Positions 63,501 to 64,000 of a DNA stretch of 64,000 bases are shown here, one piece after another. The stretch is from Oopsacas minuta. Its lineage: Eukaryota > Animalia > Porifera. Under the pieces are notes generated by a model, which was not told the origin of the DNA, searched no databases, and worked only from the letters and a program-made list of their open reading frames with translations. The translations under genes were made by a program, and so were the position numbers. The DNA lies in contig JAKMXF010000321.1 of the NCBI GenBank assembly GCA_024704765.1, positions 682,001-746,000 of the forward strand, read 5' to 3'. How positions within the stretch are numbered: the stretch's first letter is position 1; every line of letters starts with the position of its first letter.

Positions 63501-63871
63501 AAAGTAAAATCCCCATATCTTATGTAGGGTATTCTGGTGAGTAATTAGGGATAAAATGAGTAGGTCTTATCGAGTCTTTCTATAGTACAATAATATAACG
63601 TTAAGATCCTATCTCGAACAGAATTTGATTCTCCTGATAATTGGAGAGAGAGAGAGAGAGAGGACGCAAACATTAGTAACATACCTAGTGCTATGATCCT
63701 ATTCCCATTGAGTGCAGATTGAAGTAACTCAGTCTGATAAGGTCTAGGCTTCTTCTCAGGTACAACCACATCATCTCTGTGTTGATCGTAGTTATTATTA
63801 TTGTAGCGTCTATAATGGTGCCGATTTTTATATTGGTTCTTCTTGTAATGGTGAGGATGCTGAGCTGCCAT
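30440..63871 (-). CDS. DICER1: Dicer (helicase, DUF283, platform, PAZ, RNase IIIa, RNase IIIb, dsRBD); 17 exons, 1559 aa
   Basis: Exons 63685-63871, 62703-62807, 48315-48657, 47080-47863, 46452-46640, 45821-46011, 45526-45667, 44661-44867, 38547-38729, 37578-38119, 36819-37183, 33768-34040, 32811-33351, 31782-32046, 31581-31722, 30989-31067 and 30440-30581 sum to 4680 nt. All introns are GT-AG and every junction keeps frame. The symbol denotes the family; orthology to miRNA-type Dicer-1 is not established. Confidence 0.93.
30989..31067 (-). CDS. DICER1: Dicer exon 16 (not in the ORF track)
   Basis: [20 protein letters not shown] (start of dsRBD); CTATTTAG| ... AA|GTAAGT. Confidence 0.85.
31581..31722 (-). 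CDS. DICER1: Dicer exon 15 (end of RNase IIIb; not in the ORF track)
   Basis: [27 protein letters not shown]; follows a 59-bp intron. Confidence 0.92.
31782..32046 (-). CDS. DICER1: Dicer exon 14 (RNase IIIb signature)
   Basis: [14 protein letters not shown] and [11 protein letters not shown]; ATATTCAG| ... AAC|GTAAGC. Confidence 0.94.
32811..33351 (-). CDS. DICER1: Dicer exon 13 (end of RNase IIIa, start of IIIb)
   Basis: [13 protein letters not shown] and [10 protein letters not shown]; CACACTAG| ... AG|GTTAGA. Confidence 0.9.
33768..34040 (-). CDS. DICER1: Dicer exon 12 (RNase IIIa signature)
   Basis: [14 protein letters not shown] and [18 protein letters not shown]; CTTGTAG| ... G|GTAAGT. 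Confidence 0.93.
34531..36204 (+). CDS. WD40 + SOCS-box + degenerate tubby-like protein (TULP4-like), nested in Dicer intron 11
   Basis: Beta-propeller-like N-terminus ([19 protein letters not shown]), SOCS box ([12 protein letters not shown]) and a C-terminal [16 protein letters not shown] resembling the tubby PxWN...Y.LDF.G motif. Confidence 0.6.
   Translation: MDYNTNKSENNLQMNSTMISQIFPSLHTPLRMPIPPTALAWLRPSPNSQCLVTGMQNGSIGITWYTNNSVQTTSLTLSHILSPISHVSASSDDKQVAVGGYYGTLMMLNVGEAPTVETRMLTSVNMLKQTILGLKWSWNGDRVACLRAKQNKSTPLSLMIYSNISSSQYNNIEMTFPRRIVGDAMNKNDIDTFSQRIAWNHDDASLFMTLTHDSLLQVSTQTWRIISSLQLGYSTQLHVVAAHQLIAVDTNNRLISYNTITNSLKELNTNVESIITRNNQILSITNQPLTGRKLTILNSSGTQLNQFKLPAKQRIMSSSISPDSSMLFYTTPTEISSLILYSKVATLKELCMTAINGYRLTTSRLPIHLQNHVSNHHNMLLPLGDEVEFCVHKIEKKRRFGLNTSSIVVNKHHLGLVLEVMRFVNSIGNIAKLKEMKSSFGYNERKRILEKLLPNSISNPDKDTRIKWNNSRNKFTLQYNGEKAVLRFKEQTISITGCMEKEFKLINRDGGIVIQSDEHYLATITKERNSSRLRLHTTKELKLTLTLLIALVIIIRN
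36819..37183 (-). CDS. DICER1: Dicer exon 11 (connector helix, start of RNase IIIa)
   Basis: [23 protein letters not shown] and [12 protein letters not shown]; ATTTTTAG| ... G|GTTTGT. Confidence 0.88.
37578..38119 (-). CDS. DICER1: Dicer exon 10 (platform and PAZ)
   Basis: [21 protein letters not shown] and HYNLTTSR; CTACGTAG| ... AG|GTAGTT. Confidence 0.88.
38547..38729 (-). CDS. DICER1: Dicer exon 9 (platform)
   Basis: IPSALS...NYIYIF...[11 protein letters not shown] matches the platform pattern; TTTCTATAG| ... GAG|GTATTT. Confidence 0.8.
39087..40772 (+). CDS. AOAH: Acyloxyacyl hydrolase (LPS-deacylating lipase), single exon, nested in Dicer intron 8
   Basis: Signal peptide, saposin-B domain (CVGC...LC...C...IC...C), [24 protein letters not shown] (nucleophile Ser), NRCNHRDY and IEPVDGFH (Asp/His). 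Confidence 0.95.
   Translation: MNSRILSSCVVVLALLISLNVKCSSGNDYNCVGCTLVIGLVLEYVEFNNLTMEQGLKTLCSYLPAEYGVTCKELVNIFEIPLLLILEQTSHPDLICRGLELCKGNSTKCTLYPKSRDVPAKGIIKGNQYRPGQVKIPKIPDDICDYPPFKEICRIIKQVEDHYPAQDFDKDHFSTIRTLRGSSWRGKDCNDFNKDIYPGRGDGKDIIVDTNCNGIVGSDPDTGESYEDMWCKGTQAMGTVILGDSVGAHFHLPEELVNPTLIGPLTYKYLPEMIENELDWPMESAATGYEESVWDPAKGEVISLYRQLRNKNRCNHRDYHNIAVNGAWSGTNSMGKIDKTLTRNATVDKPVFLILALLGNDVCNSHHTMNTMTTVTEFKTNMNAVLDYLDGYLPEKSVVVSVGLADGRVLYDNMHNRIHPAAAFSRDVNYRTFYNFLNCLEISPCFGWLNDNSTWRSMTHQRAMNLSQGLKEVVKAKNFKRIIGIYMDSPVAEMISDWEKQGGKGWELIEPVDGFHTSRMGQAQTAKILYQQMEKNYPEIIPPVNPHNEDIVNMFGTQNGH
40924..42042 (-). CDS. MRPS9: Mitochondrial ribosomal protein S9, single exon, nested in Dicer intron 8 on the same strand
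   Basis: Basic N-terminal targeting-like peptide, HRLAKMMG...ALNYLLP, and the S9 core ([33 protein letters not shown]). Confidence 0.93.
   Translation of the reverse strand: MYRTTFITCRSFLTYNGILQSCYMSTLAKDTPLTTYSKHYKEQMKHYIAAKHRLAKMMGANPVGFTEKDMKEALNYLLPHHIRPIPAKPQILHPELLRRRDRVEFKVETVDRDNRPLEAGFYMRHPCFQNFQLITIRFKRYLETEDITFKPNNIPELPLHPDCTLKTILDTNAFKYADKEAVELAIGEILTNWHYDKILAELTELINHPNADDDVLAFVRPFFEKVVEIDPLNQNTITFRHESGCQIVQENGTRKSSIAVVQVWLGEGYIIVNGKSVSDYFTHFQDVMQIIYPLQLIGVLGKYSMDCKVIDGGHSGQSGAIRLALAQCLAFLEPQAEETLSNAGLLWRDIRRREGKKPGRMRARRGYTWRKR
42401..42590 (+). mobile_element. Helitron-like relic, 5' part (family shared with 50300-50631)
   Basis: A|TCTATATTAT start and (CTGT)n microsatellite. 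Shares CGTTGTCAAGGAA and CGCATAACTATGTATTTAT with the minus-strand copy. 3' end not located. Confidence 0.4.
43353..44057 (-). CDS. SAM-domain protein with Cys-rich segment and unknown C-terminal domain, nested in Dicer intron 8 on the same strand
   Basis: ATG at 44057 (234 aa). SAM motif [11 protein letters not shown]...[23 protein letters not shown], followed by [13 protein letters not shown]. Confidence 0.8.
   Translation of the reverse strand: MAVATTQPKITPADAENVLKSMDVSKVRSWNERDVTNNFLKPLGFEYCSKVFEDNKVNGVCILAMRDEHLKEMNVLLLGDRIQMLEYMEVLKKKRKQADRGKTLWEGQTPVKSYAYADNCCEWLFWWCCPCCVFRTTWRITSQGIRHRKPRFFGESDTGFIDFRFLKDIETRHEKRCTVCCPYHQLVLYADDASVKSKEAEANSEEQIIISHPDCILIEDVVRNAWSDVRLVAD
44661..44867 (-). 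CDS. DICER1: Dicer exon 8
   Basis: [24 protein letters not shown] (end of DUF283); TTTTCAG| ... AAG|GTACTT. Confidence 0.9.
45245..45419. mobile_element. Tc1/mariner-pogo-like MITE in Dicer intron 7
   Basis: 25-bp TIRs CAGTGGAACC(C/T)GCATAAACCGACAC with one mismatch. TA on the right flank only. Confidence 0.7.
45526..45667 (-). CDS. DICER1: Dicer exon 7 (DUF283; not in the ORF track)
   Basis: [10 protein letters not shown]...[18 protein letters not shown]; CTTTTAG| ... CAA|GTAAGT. Confidence 0.88.
45821..46011 (-). CDS. DICER1: Dicer exon 6
   Basis: [22 protein letters not shown] (start of DUF283); donor TG|GTAAGA. Confidence 0.88.
46452..46640 (-). CDS. DICER1: Dicer exon 5 (helicase C-terminal)
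   Basis: [21 protein letters not shown] and [10 protein letters not shown]; TTAACAG| ... AAG|GTATGT. Confidence 0.94.
46884..47028. mobile_element. Old hAT/Charlie-like MITE in Dicer intron 4
   Basis: Ends CAGCGGTTCCCAAC and rc CAGCTGTTCCCAAC. TSD poorly preserved (4 of 8 positions match). Confidence 0.45.
47080..47863 (-). CDS. DICER1: Dicer exon 4 (helicase insertion, motif IV)
   Basis: Acceptor TTGCTAG|; [20 protein letters not shown] and GIVFVNRR; donor AAG|GTATGT. Confidence 0.9.
48315..48657 (-). CDS. DICER1: Dicer exon 3 (DECH box)
   Basis: Acceptor TTATTCAG|; [20 protein letters not shown] and ILGLSAS; donor AG|GTATAT. Confidence 0.93.
49011..49540 (-). pseudogene. Truncated paralog of the 53775-54917 membrane protein
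   Basis: ATG at 49540. YIGQG is followed by TGA where the paralog has TTA. Homology continues to about ...ARNKLRVK and then stops. Confidence 0.8.
50300..50631 (-). mobile_element. Helitron-like relic (family shared with 42401)
   Basis: Minus-strand A|TCTATATTAT start, (TTTG)n tract and blocks shared with 42401-42590. Inner boundary approximate. Confidence 0.4.
51036..51215 (-). pseudogene. Displaced 3' end of the middle membrane-protein paralog
   Basis: [20 protein letters not shown]...[15 protein letters not shown] parallels the intact paralog C-terminus. It begins with the 8-bp duplicate ACTCAAAT. Confidence 0.88.
51216..51769 (-). mobile_element. Internally deleted hAT element, copy A (554 bp)
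   Basis: TIRs CAGAG(C/T)TGC(A/G)AATGGGTCA and subterminal TGACCC arrays. Carries the hAT C-terminal dimerisation remnant ([16 protein letters not shown]...[11 protein letters not shown]). Confidence 0.93.
52078..52978 (+). pseudogene. Inverted 5' part of the middle membrane-protein paralog
   Basis: [11 protein letters not shown]...[19 protein letters not shown]...SKGTLTQI. One frameshift near 52390; ends at TSD ACTCAAAT (52971-52978). Confidence 0.88.
52979..53493 (+). mobile_element. Internally deleted hAT element, copy B (515 bp), inverted relative to copy A
   Basis: Same TIR family and an 88-aa remnant identical in protein sequence to copy A. Flanks are ACTCAAAT and TATGGGAT. Confidence 0.93.
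53775..54917 (-). CDS. Multi-pass membrane protein (about 7 hydrophobic segments, GPCR-like topology), nested in Dicer intron 2 on the same strand
   Basis: 380-aa intact ORF. N-terminal NNTS sequon, hydrophobic helices separated by basic loops, hydrophilic tail. No class A/B/C signature recognised. Confidence 0.7.
   Translation of the reverse strand: MNNTSDVQCVLDSLADVDYKAYYIGQGLGLIYTILCLLWLPYVIANIYSQIGNKRRIVTLMHLKSSSDYTNRLFMLKETLFRYVIFLVFLCFELIYCLHINIFGVMIFDPKPVRNIFHQIVPHCSIELHTFIRVSFDRGSIGICMNIIILFGDFSFSMMIWLFGASLLHLRFAARNKLRVKVVIHFILLGIVIYLIVVVLTYIPYTRVFGILLLGLMDQISFFIVLYIAKKRFFPAMNSRVIDAFHLHNTYVYLQQKRLLKQYKVIVFVFLFTSELYILKRFFLFDLFVILESISQNLCWFNVTYNLPMVIIISESTKTTLILIYTFCSVLLHFIDLVVYINFIIVNLNIMYVTAKGYLKHWFYDRERYRYQISSNPLLS
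55154..55245. mobile_element. 92-bp hAT-type MITE
   Basis: Ends CAGAGCAGTAGC and rc CAGATTCGTAGC; 8-bp flanks GTTACTTA and GTTACATA (7 of 8 match). Confidence 0.6.
56019..62189 (+). CDS. Type I ferlin (myoferlin/dysferlin-like), 2056 aa, single exon, nested antisense in Dicer intron 2
   Basis: Multiple C2 domains (KSDPYC, LVDPYV, SDPFGEV, GKSDPYI), FerI (NLLRPAG), [13 protein letters not shown], FerA/FerB, DysF ([17 protein letters not shown]), [27 protein letters not shown] and a C-terminal TM segment. Confidence 0.95.
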   Translation: MLRVEVQGASGLKNQDYTKKSDPYCIIKFQGQSDKTKTIERNLSPIWNQVLEFEIRAPLTGTENIDLEIKDENTFGRDTLMGKASILIRTAVKSGRQPVASQGLLDKSGKTTLGTVNLIVSYNPPHERGRAGTYVERIAEDQNSPLEENIGIGMGDDWEIVENENPDEKDAGLSGLDSNKSAIARADKFKRKQARIRLPNEPLDFQLQIHCIEARRLSGGGGNISPSCAINIGSQSKSTSSVDSSINPVWDETLIFYFRIKPSELFNTMLMIKVVNSKYVVMENLIGSFQMDIGVIYDEPNHGFIQKWLLLTNIKDTSAGPKGYLKISIQVVGPGDSPSPLPHYDPISSHTDDIEGNLLRPAGINLQPATFKIRIYKAEDVPQMDSAYLETVKKIFSKNATESKNLVDPYVTVSYAGHTVTTGVRWTTCNPEWNESLALGTRFPSMSERIQIRLYDKDTTSQDDIIGTTFLYLSNISLPEGDNGFLPTFGPAWVNFYGSTREYKHIGTDYEHLNEGVFEGVAYRGRILMDLNTELGKYPATTQAAKFTREKSLAKGFKRLKHRIYVAFFHATQIKPHTSEVSFEVSIGNYGYREDPNAIIAPSTTQPTKPVTENNSLFFLPWGKMKPCCVIPCYWENNVYRIESMNILNYIADELELETIQVRELMKKEDVDKKEVSQAILNMLEKLSTLLSEPLPLLPRDAHTMLDIHWWGLRDKERNAILNEITGLKDLIDKEEVVYICEGFVNRIRVVAVESQISIPDIIIWMIHGVDRVAVARIPIQDLFYSKNPIARGRLCGKIHTRFLREPIKVAKNDVHREYNAQLRIAAWVGREKNTFNWEECIPGGTVMTFAETYENQIFTAISWGPVPFGLIPAWSDSTGKMSLPKESFGIPIGWKWDDDWIVSSAEDIEYDPEYKLHRIMEETYEVRTKDEDDQDWNDTKTVWEDENGNQSSAPLNVKPPKGWDWDESKWTIDTNRAVDEEGWEYGSNPDSRESFNPIELADSIIRRRKIVRVRVRKADELGNDKKSTSSSSDDEQWEYATTLSGPFYRVKQITHLFRRRRWLRRMVATEKNASNIFSITQEEVTSHIEVVKSKKDKPTPKKHKKLRESPRIFMCFEKEYRWTLRAYIYQARTLLSGDKNGLSDPFGEVSISTSSQKTRTINKSLSPTWCQTLTFNELVIYGEPEFTQSTPPIVVVDIYDKDILLRNEPLGQALIRPEVILNVEGPVTKMKWHNIIYAGRDEGQLLASFELILLDPEGNNLKKIEALELSSDQTYCKIPDTIRPKTQLMRIEVLLWGLRDMKRFELTSVNHPFVRISCGDFYIDSEHIKNAKINPNFPNPSIHLDCELPIEAVYMPPLQIQVLDKRLFGRTPIVGIHSVTTLKTFIVHTPGSTQALNVCPNLKANIPEFVGKLEEAGEPSSPGTKIASALTHLTNRIELESIESSDLEMEYSDFDWWSRYYASIGDERRSSGFESKGYEKMTYYKGELEKWFGSFRDRTKDFQLTRGKTFSRKSEVSGLFKGDIKVYPLSEDDTQDVPLIFKDIPEHGVNEVTVRVYIIRGRQFTPQDPFGKSDPYIKIVLGEKEMINDKENYIPNNLNPLFGKIFEFNTFIPQEHEMRVVVMDHDALSADDLIGYTSVDLENRYLSSMQATCGIPKYYFIAGPCKWRHQLLPTVLLDKYLKSNRYGSVRWVGNTEVNLCNQKFRLKEDFEPHGIFPHISNEIERKILTRQLGGQKQRLALYVLNLFEHVPDHIEERKLINPIQGEVPQGYLEMFVDIFPKADGVLPEPVDIAIRQPEDMVLRMVVWNAKDVELLDNPIYQDDPTADIYIKAFLRGQNKSKSTDVHYRSMNGEGMFNWRLVFPFKYLPIEQEIVSTEKEHFWKMDGTEKRVEPELVVQIWDNDQFLPDDYIGSVEFKLINFYKPRRSAFWTNLEQITPREDHSNADNIFKRKRLRGWWPVVKIEDGNNPNITGKIDMEIEILTAAEAIDKPAGEGRDEPNANPFLAKPIRPATSFAWFTSPFKSFRYIIWKHYRTQIIIAAILLAPVVLFLLILL
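62703..62807 (-). CDS. DICER1: Dicer exon 2 (Walker A)
   Basis: Acceptor TTCTAG|; completes LGTGAGKT and runs to RIMFLAPT; donor G|GTATCT. Confidence 0.92.
63685..63871 (-). CDS. DICER1: Dicer exon 1
   Basis: ATG; PRPYQTELL (Q motif) and NRIIALG; donor G|GTATGT, phase 1. Confidence 0.88.
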
Positions 63872-64000
63872 CTCATAGAGGCTTATTATAGACTAATCAT
63901 ATACACTATATATATATATAAAAGAAATGTATTGGTAACGGAAATATAATTATTCGGTAGAAACTGAAATCCAAAGTTTTATTTCGCTCTTTCTAAAGAG

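Noticed and set aside
30440-63871. Dicer pieces as scattered pseudogene fragments or separate small genes
   Set aside because: All domains are collinear, all 16 junctions are GT-AG and in phase, and the catalytic motifs are intact.

Overview
AT-rich eukaryotic (animal) genomic DNA. The compact, almost intron-free genes and the coiled-coil + NHL family member suggest a hexactinellid sponge such as Oopsacas (inference only, not verified). The main structure is invisible in the ORF track: a complete 17-exon Dicer gene on the minus strand (63871 to 30440, 1559 aa when spliced; all 16 introns GT-AG and phase-compatible). Its three largest introns host six intact single-exon genes: a ferlin, AOAH, MRPS9, a SAM-domain protein, a TULP4-like protein and a multi-pass membrane protein. 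They also host two broken paralogs of the membrane protein and two inverted hAT elements whose swapped target-site duplications record a 1.2 kb inversion. The left half has a decayed Ginger-like integrase transposon with a nested MITE, and a probable spliced caspase whose long prodomain is built from 13-15 aa repeats. It also has single-exon DENND5, EHBP1, MGAT1, TRAF and PI3K-gamma adaptor (PIK3R5/6-like) genes, an NHL pseudogene, a 30-bp minisatellite and several MITE/Helitron-like relics. Family assignments come from recalled motifs aligned by eye; no database search was run.
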